Shown here piece by piece: positions 1 through 12,544 of a stretch of DNA of 64,000 nucleotides. The translations under genes were made by a program, and so were the position numbers. Below the pieces are notes generated by a model. It saw only the letters and a program-made list of their open reading frames with translations. It did no database searches and had not been told where the DNA came from. This DNA comes from Paragordius varius (lineage: Eukaryota > Animalia > Nematomorpha): positions 7,936,001 through 8,000,000 of the forward strand of contig OZ176055.1 of assembly GCA_964247055.1 (NCBI GenBank). Reading direction: 5' to 3'. The stretch's first letter is position 1, and each line of letters opens with the position of its first letter.

Positions 1-609
1 CGCAATTATAGAATTTTTATTGAGAAAAATCACTTTTTTAAGTAAAAATATGCTTCGGTTTTTATCATACTCACCTGAAATTATCATCGCACAGCGTCCA
101 TAAATAACCTGATAAAATATGTATATAATGATAGGAAAATGTCAGGATTTTCATGGTGATTTTTGGTTTTGGCTCTCGAGTGATGTAGGAAAGTTATGAA
201 CACTGGTGAGAGGTCCATATCGGAAAATGTGCGCACTTTTGAATGAATTCGCTGAAAGCTAAAGGTTTTATTTAAAATTCCAAATATAGAATGAATTACA
301 TATTAAAACAAAGCAATATTTCCAAAAGTTTAAATTTATAGATGTCAGCTCCGCAAATCCCATTTTTATTCTTCTGAAATGGGCTTTGGCCGATACTAAT
401 TTTAATATGCTGAATATTTATATCACCTAAAAATATTAAAAAAATGCATATTTTTTTCAAAATTTAATTTTCACCAAAATTTTGTTCAGCGTTCAAACTT
501 TGAGGCATGAAAAGACATCATAAAAACACTTTTTCTATATAATTTGATGATACTAAACATTTCTATCACTTCAAAATTTTGATTAAAATTTTCGCTCTTC
601 AAATTCATA

Positions 610-1692
610 TTAACACTTGGATACAACATATTCATTTTAGTCCTTCGATTCAAATAGGGATAGTTAAATACCCCAGGCAAGTAATTGAAATCAGGGCAAA
701 ATTTTGCACTTATATAACTAACAAACCGAAATTTATAAAAAATTTTATTTAAAATACATAATATTACTTATTTTAATCTAAAACCGAAAGGTAAAAATAT
801 AGTCAACGTGACATGTGTGCAATGGTAAAATTGAGAAATAATACAAAATAAACCGCTTTTTCTATTTCCATCAATGTTAGTTGTAATTTAAATAAAAAAT
901 TATCTGTAATTTTACACTTAACACTTCTATTCAAATTGGGGTATCTAAATACCCCAAACAAAATTTAAATTAATATTTTTATAAAACTACTGAATGAAAC
1001 GGTCCCAATTTAAATTTATGCTTCTCTCTTAATAAGAATTATATAAATATGCCAAAATATCTAAATAAAATTTCGTTTTGAAAAAAAATGTTCCATGTCA
1101 AACTACTTCGACGCCATTTTTATTTTACAAAATTACAGAATATCGTCTTCATTTAATTTTAAGGCTAATTTTTGAAAAAGCATTTTATTATTATTTTTTG
1201 ATTTTGCAATAGCACACATGTTAAGTTGACTATATTATTACCTTTCGGTTTTAGCTTAAGTTATATCAAGTATTTTAGAATAAATTTTTTTATATATTTC
1301 GGTTTATTAATGCTATATAAGTGCAAAACTTTGCCATGGTTTCGATTGCCTCCATACTTTTTAAAGTATTTTATTTTAAACAGGCCTGGGCTATTTAACT
1401 ACCCCAATTAGAATCGAAAAACTAAAATGAATGTTGTATCCAAGTGTTAAAATTAAATGAGGACGATATTTTGCAAAGTTTTTTAAAATAAACACGGCGT
1501 CGAAGTAGTTTGACATGGAACTTTTTTTCAAAACAAAATTTTATTTAGATATTTTGGCATATTTATATAATTTATATTAGGATAGAAACATATATTTAAA
1601 TTGGGACCGTTTCCTTCAGTAGTTTTTTGAAAATCCTTAACTCAAATTCAGTCTGGGGTATTTAGATACCCCAATTTGAATCGAAGTGTTAA
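610..1692 (+). mobile_element. piggyBac-type non-autonomous MITE (outer copy), interrupted by a second copy of itself
   Basis: Ends TTAA|CACTTGGATAC... and ...GAATCGAAGTG|TTAA. The same ~560 bp element occurs at 8734-9304 and 36623-37179. No transposase ORF. Confidence 0.85.
918..1450 (-). mobile_element. Nested reverse-orientation copy of the same TTAA MITE
   Basis: Flanked by TTAA at 918-921 and 1447-1450; its sequence is the reverse complement of the family consensus. Removing it restores a contiguous outer copy. Confidence 0.85.
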
Positions 1693-2151
1693 GTTAAAAA
1701 TTGTGTTTTTTCACAAAAATGCATCAAAATTTTTAGCCATACCATTCAAATTAAAACGAAGCGATAGAAATGGTTATCCTCCTGAAATCAATAGAGAAAG
1801 TGTTATAATATATAAGTGTTTCTATACCGTTTCCATCATGCCTAAAAATAGTATGAAGTACGTTTCAACAATATTTTGTAACAATTAAATTTTTTAAAAA
1901 ATATGCTTTTTTTAAAAAAATATTAATGTTTAATTTTAGCATATAATTAAAAATTTTATTGCGCACATCCGGCATTTTTGCGTTTATTTAAAAAGAATTA
2001 GCCAATTTTAGAAGAAAAAATTTGGGACTTTGGAGCCCTATCTAAAAATTAATATATTTAAATTTGTTTTCAGTAAAATAAATTTTATTGCGAAAAAGGC
2101 ATCCCGAAAGCGATTTTGCAGCATGCTAGAGACGTATTAAAGCAACCACAA

Positions 2152-4010
2152 TCTATATATTTATAAAAATGGAATGCTGGCTTTGTGATCTGTTTCCGGA
2201 AAACCGGTGAACGCAATCAAATCCGAATATCAAAAAATATAATCATCAATGAATGTCCCGACAATAGCTTCGCCCTCTTTTTAAATTAGGCCCCCAGTTC
2301 GGGCCCACCCCGTGAAAAAACGGGTATTTTCCTATAACATAAGTCCATAAAAATCTTATGTTTGAGGCCTTTTTTCCGAAAACGTGTTGGACCATTCGAT
2401 TTCAAAATTGATTTTTTTTATTTTCGATTGCGCCGAACATAGTCGGGTCGCTTTAGGCCCTCTTTTTACTCGCTCCCCCGTAAAATGCCATTTTTTTCAA
2501 AAAAACTTAAGTCTACAAAAATAATTTTAGAAGTCTATTTTTCCCACAGGGGATGAGACCGTAAAATTTAATGAGGATTCCAGATAATCCCTGTTAAAAG
2601 GAAAGTTTTCCCAAAGCTTTTTTTATGCCTGCCCCTGTGTTTGGTGCTACCCGCCAAAAACTGCGCCTCTATATGGAAATTGCGTTGTTTTGGAGCTGTT
2701 CAGTAAATCTATCAGGTGATATAAGATTAATAGGTGCTTAACATATTACCCGTAGTAAGGCAAAACATTAGGTCGTACGGTTTTTTATTAGCCGTTAATT
2801 AGGACCATCACGCCCTAAAAAATGCGCCACCATAGAATGATTTTTTTATTTTAAGGCAATTTTCCAAAAAGCATATGGAATAGGTGTTTTCCGTAAAAGG
2901 GCAAAAATTTTAATCAAGCGCATTTTTCGTATCAACCTCTGGGTAGGGAGATACCCGCTTAAAACTGCGCCATAGCTTGTTTAGTAGTTAATTTTCAAAC
3001 CTATTAGGCCACATAAGTTTAATAGGGGCCTGATATATTACCCATAAAATGGCAAAATTTATGTCGAGCGGTTTTTTTAAATTAGCCGTTAATTGGGGCC
3101 CTTTACGCCCTAAAAATGCGCTATCATTAAACTATTATTTAGTTCTGAAGCCATTCTTCCAAAAACTAGAACACAAGAAATAAATGACGATTCCAGGTAT
3201 TCCCCTATAAAGGCAAATTATCGAACGTCTTTTTTATATTTACCTCTGGATAGAGGGCTACGCCAACAACTGCGCCACTATCGAAATTGCGTTGTTTTGA
3301 AGCTATATAAGCTCATTAAAAGCTTGAAATATTACCCGTAACTAGATAAAATAGGTCAGGCGTATTATTAGCCGTTAATTTGGGCCTTTATGCCCTTAAA
3401 ATACACCTTATAACGATTATTTAGTGTTTAGGTATTTTTTTGAATAACCCAAAATAACTCATGAGACGATGGTATCAACGATGATTCCAAATATTTGCCT
3501 TATAAAGGCAAAGGATTTAACCCAGCGCTTTTTCCATATAGGTCTATAGGTAGGGGTCTACCGGTTTAAAACTGAGACGCCATAAAAAATGGCGTGGCTT
3601 TCTAGCTAAATTTCGAAAAACTTTAGAAGCCATATTCAGTTAAACACATTGGGAATTCGTATAAAATCATGTTTTCCTTTTAAAGAAACCACAAATGATT
3701 TACTTTTTATATCCCTTGATCCCAGCTGTGTGGACACAATTTTAAAATAAAACTTTTAACCATGATTTCGTAAAACAAAAATGTTAGAATAAATCCAATG
3801 ATAGTCAAATATTAACTTTAATAAGGGACATTTAAATAACAATTTTGAGTAAACAATATTTGAGCCTACTCAAAAACCCGTAAAAGAATTAATTAAAGAC
3901 ATACTTTTTATTAAATATGTTTTTTTATTAATTATTTATCTCCATTCTATTTATTGCAAATATTAAGAATTATCGGTGAGACTATGTCACAGCGTGACAC
4001 GGCAAGCTAG
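2152..4010 (+). mobile_element. Non-autonomous Helitron-like element
   Basis: Begins A|TCTATATATTTATAAAAATG and ends with hairpin TGTCACAGCGTGACA followed by CGGCAAGCTAG|T, i.e. TC...CTAG inserted in an AT target with no TSD. A truncated 5' copy lies at 40343-40600. Confidence 0.75.
2570..3610 (+). repeat. ~300 bp degenerate tandem repeat (about 3.5 units) inside the Helitron-like element
   Basis: Recurring blocks GATTCCAG..TAAAGGC, AAAACTGCGCC, ATATTACCCGTA and TTAGCCGTTAATT at roughly 300 bp period. Confidence 0.75.
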
Positions 4011-5547
4011 TTTTACTTTTTTTTACATTCATGCTGCATAAGGATTCTATCAGCATATAACTTTGATAAAAAAACTTTTTTATCATCAAATTTAAATATC
4101 TGTAAATATATCGCCAAGAATCAGATCAAATGAGATTTGATATAATATTTAGGATCCTAGTTAAAATTGGTGACTATGGGAAGCCTAATATTAAATGCAG
4201 TGTTTATCCTGTTATAAGTACTGTAAGAAACGGTTAATATATTTCCTAGATCTATAATTTAATTTGGGTTGAATTATAGAGGTTTAATTAGTTTTGCACA
4301 AAATATTTCTGACCGACACGGTCTGGTGTGTATAAATCTCGGATTTCTAAAGCGTTGCTTTTTTTTAAAATAATTTTATTAAAATCGATATCAATGATTC
4401 CGAAAGTTGGAAAACCTATTTTAAAATTTGATCATAACTTTAAAAATTGCATTTTTTTATCCTTTCTTAACCCGTTATTTTAGGTTTTCCCAACAAAAAA
4501 ATCTAAGCAATATAGTAAATACTTAAAAATGATGTAACTTTAATGTAAAATAGGTTTTTATCTAAATTTGATAATTTTATTATTGTTAATGTGGTTTATT
4601 ATGCAGCATAGTTTATACAATTACTTATAAAACCAAAATAATTTGGTTTTTTGTTTGAAAAACAGCCCATACACATATGGAATATCAATTATCTCTTTTG
4701 AATAACCCTCATCCCTCCAAATCGTGCAATAAACTTGATGAACTTTACAGAATATTCCAAAATACATTAAACCAAATTTATTTGCATATAGGCATCATCA
4801 AAAAAGGTAGTCAGTCTTCTGGATAGTTTTAGAATTCGAAAAATAAAATATTTTTATCGTTTTTTCTAAATCTCGCAGTAATCTCATCTTTAAATCAACC
4901 ATTTTTAAGTTCATTTCTAATTCCATATTTTATAGCAAAAACCAAATAATATAAAAAAACCATATTTGCCTTAATTGGGGTTTGGGGGATAGGGTTTAAA
5001 AACCATCTTTTTTTTCAAACAATAAAAATAATCTTTAAATATAATTTGGTTAAAATTGACCCATCAAATACATTATATATTTGAGTGTAAAATCTCTTTT
5101 TTATTATCAATATTATGATATCTCCATTATTTAATTTAATCTTAAGATTTATAGAAGAAAACCACAACATATCATTATGTGAAAAGATTATAAATTTTCC
5201 TGTCAATCATTTATTTTTATCTATAAAAAAAGAAAAATATAAAAAAATTCAATCAAAACCTCTGATGATGATAAAAAAATTATAAAATAAAATTACAAAA
5301 TATTCAAATTTTAAGATTTTGATAAAATCAATGAATTGCGTTTCGAATCGTTCGATTGAGAGGTTATAGGTTTTTTCAAGTTGATTGGAATTAAAACTAC
5401 AATAGATTCTCCACAGTGCAATGCAATGCAATACTTTTCTCAAATAAGTTTTCTGTCTAAATTATCAATCTACAATTTGAATCGCAAACAAAGTTAAAAA
5501 TTAATCATTTAATCAAGGACATATAAATATCGATATTTAATATATGC

Positions 5548-6870
5548 TCAATTTTTTAATGAAGTTAGAGGACATGAGATGTCGTTGGATTTGACCTTAT
5601 TGTCACTGCTTTTTGGTTCCTGTACTTTATGACAAGAATTACGAGATTTAGCCAATTGGCGATTATTATTATTTACATAATGATTTACGGTTTCATGACT
5701 TTTAGAGGTATTTGAGATAAAAGCCACATTCTTGTTATTACTATTAATCATATCAGTCCGGGCCAAAGTATTTTTTAGGGCACAAATATAGGCTATAGCG
5801 GTTCGTAACGTCTTAATTTTCGAGAGTTTTCGGTTATAACCGTGAAATTCGTAGGGTAGGACTTTGCGTAACTCTTCAAGGGCCACATTTAATTTATGCA
5901 TACGTCTTCGTTCTTGACCATTAGCTACGAGCCTTTTGTAACTCAATTCATTTTCTGACATGAATAATCCAGGTAGATCGGTATCTTGCATATCAACTTT
6001 GGCTGTTGTACCGATAAAGTTATTGGAGAAATCTAGTGGATAATTAGAGTGTTGACTTGTGGTTTGAAAAGATAAATTAAATTTGGATTGCTTTGATTTG
6101 AGTTTCGAAGGGTTATTTTTATGTGTATTTTGTCCAACTTCTGAATTTGTGGATTTTGTAGATTTTGTTATGCCTTCTGAAGAATGACTTTCTGATGTAC
6201 TTGAGTTAGTTTCATCCCTGTTTTTGGTACAATCAATTTTAATTTTTTGATCATTGTATAACGATGATATAGAGATTAGCTGAGGATAATAACTGAAATT
6301 TAAGGGTCCAACAGGATTATTGAGTGTTTGATATGAATAGTTTTCGTAATTGACTGTTGAAACACTTTACACGGCAAAACAAAGATATAAAATTAAATAA
6401 GAAGAAATTTATCAAGATTGTAAAATTTTTACAAAAAAAACTAAGCTAAATAAAATCTACCTCAGTTTGGATTCCGAGGAGTGTGGAAAGAAATGTTCCT
6501 TAGCGGTAATTTTGATAAACTCACCAAAAGTGGGAATCCCTAATAAATCGTTATTTTTTACATTATCGTGATTGCTTCTATGATTGGATGATGGGGTCTC
6601 CACATAATTTGTCATGTTCTCTAAATTTTGAATTAAGGATAAATTTTGTTGGTCAATAATTTGGTTCATGTCATTTTCCATTGATTCCCGTTTGAGTTGA
6701 TAGCTAGAATTGATTTTATTTTGTAAAGATAAATTTTCTAAGTTAGTCTTTGTTGATGAAATATTGGAAGAATTGTTATTTTTGTGTTTCTTGTTATTAA
6801 GGGTGTTAAAATTGGCCATTATATATTGGGTATCTTCTTCCATAGAGGTTATATATTCCGATTTTGTCAT
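5548..6870 (-). CDS. Class A bHLH transcription factor (atonal/neurogenin-like), 2 exons, ~408 aa
   Basis: bHLH KRLVANGQERRRMHKLNVALEELRKVLP...KLSKIKTLRTAIAYICAL. The frame is open from 6364 to 5548. Exon 1 (6870-6461) joins in frame through a GT-AG intron 6460-6365 (phase 2). Confidence 0.75.
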
Positions 6871-8030
6871 TTTTGTATCAATATTATATATAACGTTCTA
6901 AAAAAAGATTAATATTTTTATTCCCAAAAAAATTTTTGTAAATTTGAAAGTGTCGAAAATAACAGAACAGAAAGGGGAAAATAACTAAAAAAAGAAGTTA
7001 AAAAAAATATGTATAATAATTCATGAGTATGGCAAAAAAGAAAAGACACAATAATAATTCCTCATATAAAATTTGTGAAAAATGGGTATTCATATTCAAC
7101 AATTTATGCTACTTTAAAAAATAAAAAAAATAACGTTTCTATTTCGTTTTCACTTAAATAATTGAAAAATTAAAAAAATTTATTTTCTGGAATTGTATTT
7201 ATCGAATATTATTGTGCAATCGTATGTATGGCTTTTTTTTTGCTAAATATGACAAAAAGTCTAAGTAGTGTAATTGTTTTAAAGAAATATAAAAACTTTT
7301 ATGTTTTATTAATATATATAAAATTTGATTTGCCGCTTTTAATAGATAAAATCAATCATTCCATGTCATTAGGAGATGATTAAAATTTTTATGTTAAGGG
7401 ATTATTATAGATTTTATAGAATTAATGGATTTAAAAAGTTTTTTGACTCTTAAAATCAATGCTTATTATTTGATAAGTATAAAAAGTTGAAAGGCACCAA
7501 TGATTTAAAAAAATTCTCCTTTTCGATTTTTTAGATTATATAACATGGTCTTTTTTTATCAAAATGCCGCCGTTTTTGTTTTTCTTTCAACTCAAACACA
7601 AAACAAACTATTTGAGGAAAAAATTAGTATTTTAATAATTTACACTGCAAAAGCAGCACACTAATAATTTAGTCTACTCTCTATTTATCCTATTCGCCCC
7701 CTACATTATCCTTTAAAAAATTTACTAATTTGTACTTTTTTCTAATATTTGAATTATTATGTCGGTAAAATCGCCATGCATTTGTTTCATACACACAATG
7801 CTTGTTGCTAAATAAAGAGGTGTAAATAATTTTAAATTTTGATAGATACTTCCATTTAGTCAAAATACTCTGTTTTAAAAATTATTACAGATAACAATAT
7901 TGTATTTATCCTGAGTTTGAATTTGATTTGACGCTAAACATTAAAATTTAAAATAGGCATAAAACCGTCGTTAAGGGATTTTTTCGTAAGTGTACCCTCC
8001 TTTTTTATCTATTTTTTTGCGGGAGCATTT

Positions 8031-8320
8031 TACAGTAAAATTGAAATTATACGGACAAAATGTAAAAATATAAAAACAATTTTTTTTCAAAAACAACCAT
8101 ACTTTTTTAAACCTTAATTTATCCTATAAAAAACAGTTAATTACAATCGTAAAATACATAATTGATTCCAATCATTTCAATATTATACTTTTTAGTTTCA
8201 AACAATATGTTAAATTTTAAAAAACAAGATTAAAAAAGTATAGTTGTCTTATTGAAAAAAATATTTGTCTCTCGGAAATCTCACATTTTTTCTCAGCCAA
8301 AATGGGCTAATTTCTGTAAA
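8031..8320 (+). mobile_element. MITE-like repeat (TACAGTAAAATTGAAA...GGACAAAA family)
   Basis: Same 5' block recurs at ~41270-41546 and partly at ~46515-46570; imperfect inverted ends, TA-flanked. Confidence 0.5.
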
Positions 8321-8733
8321 ATACAAGTAATTGTTTGGCATCGCAGGATAAGATTTTTGTTTAATTTTATATTATAGCTTAAAACAAAAATCTTTAAAAA
8401 ACGTATATTGCTTTAAAATATATGGCAAAATTCAATTTTTTTTAAACATTCATTACATATTATTCTGCCGAGGAGAAGAGGCTTTGTACTCTAGTGCTTA
8501 AAGTAGATAACAAAGTACTGTTTTGAAAGTTGTTTTGGTTAAAATTTAATTATCAAACCCTCTTCTGTGTTAGATATAATTAGATAGATTTGCTGTTTTT
8601 TTCTAGAATCCCAAATTCAGATAGCTCTAACACTGAAAAGAATAGCTGATGTTAAAATATCAATTTACAATAAAATTGTATAAAAGCTTTCCGAAGATAG
8701 TTATTTAAATTTTTAAACTATACATTTATTTGT

Positions 8734-9304
8734 TTAACACTTGGATACAACACATTCATTCCAGTCCTTCGATTCAAATTGGTGTATTTAAATACCCCAG
8801 GCCTGTTTGAAATTAAATTCTATAAAAAGTTGGAATGAATCACATGGCAAAATTTTGCACTTATACAACATTAATAAACCGAAATATATAAAAATTTTAT
8901 TCAAACATACTTGACTTATTTTAAGCTAAAACCCAAAGGTAAAAATTTAGTCAATGTAACATATGTGCATTGGCTAAATTGAATAATAATACAAAATAAG
9001 CCACTCTTTCTATTTCTTTCAATGTTAGATGTGATTTATAAAAGAAACTAGCTTTGATTTTTACGGAATCAAATAAACACGATATGCAAAATTTTTGTAA
9101 AATAAAAATGGCGTCCAAGTAGTTTGACAGGGAACTTTTTTTTTCAAAACAAAATTTTGTTTAGATATTTTGGCTTTTTTATATAATTTTTATTAGGATA
9201 GAAGCTGAAATTTAAATTTAGACTGTTTTCAGTAGTTTTTTAGAAATGTTAATTTAAATTTAGTCTGGGGTATTTAGATACTCCAATTTGAATCGAAGTG
9301 TTAA
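8734..9304 (+). mobile_element. TTAA-flanked piggyBac-type MITE, intact copy
   Basis: TTAACACTTGGATACAAC...GAATCGAAGTGTTAA; similar along its length to the copies at 610 and 36623. Confidence 0.85.
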
Positions 9305-10700
9305 TTGACGATTTAAAAATTATAAAAAGGGCGGCTTAAAAAGTTAGAGATAAGGATTTATTTACATTTTATATCGTTAAAAAAAATTTTTTGTATCACG
9401 CGTCCGAATCAAAAAAGAAATTTGAAAATTCCAATTGTAAAAACATTTTTTGAGATAATTTAAATGGCTTTGAGGTATAAACACCACAAGATCGTAAGCA
9501 CGATGGCAGCCATAACTTAGGATATTATAAACATTTTTTCATATTATAATGTTATTAACACCTCATTACTTTCAAATTTTTGTCCTAGCATACCCTTTTT
9601 GATATTTTATCCCAGAGCTCATTTAGCTCCAAAAGACGATTAAAACGAACAGATGATATTAGAACCAAAATTATTTTGGCTGGTTGAAAGCTTTTTTAAG
9701 TTAATTATTTACATTTTATATACAATACATTTATTTGCCTGTTGCATTGGCGCAAAAAAATTTATAGTAAAAATGGCGGAAAGTTTTAGAAGAAAATTTT
9801 TTACAATACATTTTTTAAAAAATATTTTTCATATAATGCGCCTAAAAGGCTAAAGATATTTTTAGATTCTGCTTAATTTCTTATTAAAATATTCGAATAT
9901 AAACTCGCTCTAGATAAAACTACCTAAAAAGGTAATGGACTGTTGAATTTATTTAACCAGATTTTATCTCTCTTTTATTCATTTTTTATGAAATATATTT
10001 CTATATTTAGCCTTAATTTTAAAACAAATTTTTATTATTATTTTTAATTGTTAAAACAACATTAAATTTTATAAATTTGTCTTTTCTATACCAAATAAGT
10101 TTCATAAATTTAGTCAAAATTCTATATTTATTAATAGTATATACTTTTTGTAAAGAAACAATCCAGAATAAGTTAATTCTCATGACACAATTCACTAAAG
10201 ATTTTATTTAGTCAAGCCCATTCAAATGAGTTTAAATTAATGGTTTATGAGCTAACATTGAAGAGCTATATTTAATAATGTGTAAAATTTAAAATAGTTT
10301 ATAATTTATTTTAAATACGATATTTTGTTATAGAACATTACTCAAAAGGTGGAAATAATTGCAAATGAGAAATTAAATCAAAAGCAACATTATATTCATG
10401 TATTTAAAAAAAATTTTTTTATGTGAGCGCATTTTTGTGCACTGTTATATCAAAAGTTTTTAAGGTTTATATATTTTAACATCTAAAATATATAATTTTT
10501 GCTATATAGAATTTACGGATTACAGAATACGATAAACCCTCTATAAATTATAATAATGTTTTATTCAATAACTTTTGCATTAAAATTATATTTTTTTAAT
10601 TATAATCCACGCTATGAATAAATTAGCTCTATCTTGAGCTGCTCACTATTTTCATCAGACTGAGGAAACTTTTTACAATAGGTTCAGCATGTATAAGGTA

Positions 10701-12513
10701 ATGGAAAAGGTGGATTTTGTGGTTGAGTATTTACGGTTTAAACGACTGATGAAAGACCTAAATCAGCGCTATAAAAAAGTTTAAATCTAACCTAAATGAA
10801 ATATAGGATAATCTTTGTGATACAGCCCTAAAATGTCATGAGTTTTTGATAAAATTTAGTCGAAGCTTTGTAATAGTTATCCTTTCTCTCAATGCTGATT
10901 TAAGGTCTGTGTTTAAATATTATTACTAGTCATGCCGTATGCATTTATTATTTGGTTTTACGGGCCTTAGATACTATAGAGGATGATCCCACGATTGCAC
11001 TTTCCTTAAAATTACCTATGTTAAAAGATTTTTACACTCATTTAGAAGATCCTGATTGGAGTTTTATGGAAAGCAATGATAAAGACAAACAAGTGTTGGA
11101 AGAATTTTTTAACGTATTTATTTTTTATCATACATTTATAAATTCATATTAAAAAATAATATTGTTGCTCTAAAATTCCTAATTATAAAAAGATTAATAA
11201 CGGATGGACTCAGAGGTTTTTTTGTTATTTTTTTCATAAGAACATTTTATCTAAAAAATAAAATTTACTTTATTTGCCATGAATTTAAAATGGTATGAAT
11301 TGACTTTTTGATGAAATACTTAAAATCGGAATAAATTCAAATCCCACATTTTTAATAACAACAACAAAGGTCTCAAAAGAATTCATAAAATTTGATCCTG
11401 TGATTAAAGAAATAATCTCACACATTTGTCACGAAATGGGCGATGGAATGGCTGAGTTTTTGCAAAAACGCATCGTTACCATAGAGGAGTGGGAAAAAGT
11501 AGCTATCTTAATTAAATTTTTTATCACAATTATATTTTGATATACATATGTAATATTTCTAAATAATTTTTTTAATACAATATACATTATGATTTAAGGC
11601 GTAAAACAAAATCAAAGTTTTGTAGCATAAATTTATAACTAAAACTTAATTTAAATTAACTCAACAATATTTTAAGGGTTGGCAATTTGGCATATAATGA
11701 AAATAAATTGGAATTGTAGAGTTTAAGCGTAAAATATGTGTAAAGATTGTCAATTATTATCAATTCTAAATTCGCTCTATAATTTAATGTACACAATGCA
11801 TTTTTAAAGATAAAATTTCTTATTTAATTAATTTAGTTAAAAGTCACGTAAAACATGTGTACTCATATAAATAGCCGTCAAATGGCATTATTCCCTCAGA
11901 ATTATGTTTTCATCATGTTAGGTTTTTAAGTTATACTATTTTGCTGTTTTTTGATCAAATGACAAACTCGTCGTAGCTTAATTGTGACGGTTTAGAGTTG
12001 AGTTAATTTTTTTACATTTTACCTCTAATTGTAATTTTTCCTGTAGTATTGCTATTATGTGGCCGGTTTAGTGGGGCTTGGTTTAACGCGACTTTTTGTC
12101 ACCATATCTCACGAAAATGAAACGCTTTTACAAGATGAAAAACTGCCAATAGCTATGGGCTTATTCCTACAACAGACTAACATTATACGGGATATAAGGG
12201 AAGATACGTTGGACTCGAGACATTTCTGGCCCTTGCAAGTTTTTTTTTATTTTTCTTTCCTAATGAGTTAAACTTTTTTATATCACAATTAAACTTTTTT
12301 TAAAGTACTATTTTTTTACATATTTTTTTGTTAATAGTTACCATTATGTATAATACCATTTGGTGTATTGTTACACATAAATAGCTTTTTTTTAATTTTT
12401 GGTCTAAATAGATTTATGCTTTTTCAAATTTAGATTTGCTTTTTCGATTTTCTTAAGCATATCCAAATTTTTTTTGATTTGCAGTTGCATATTTTTCACA
12501 ACAAAAAAGTTTG

Positions 12514-12544
<31 letters not shown>

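Noticed and set aside
60-420. Exon-like, GC-richer segments at the window start
   Set aside because: Several frames are partly open but there is no recognisable motif or consistent splice model.
486-1888. Short ORFs 486-680, 1226-1411 and 1676-1888
   Set aside because: They lie within or abut the nested MITE; spurious.
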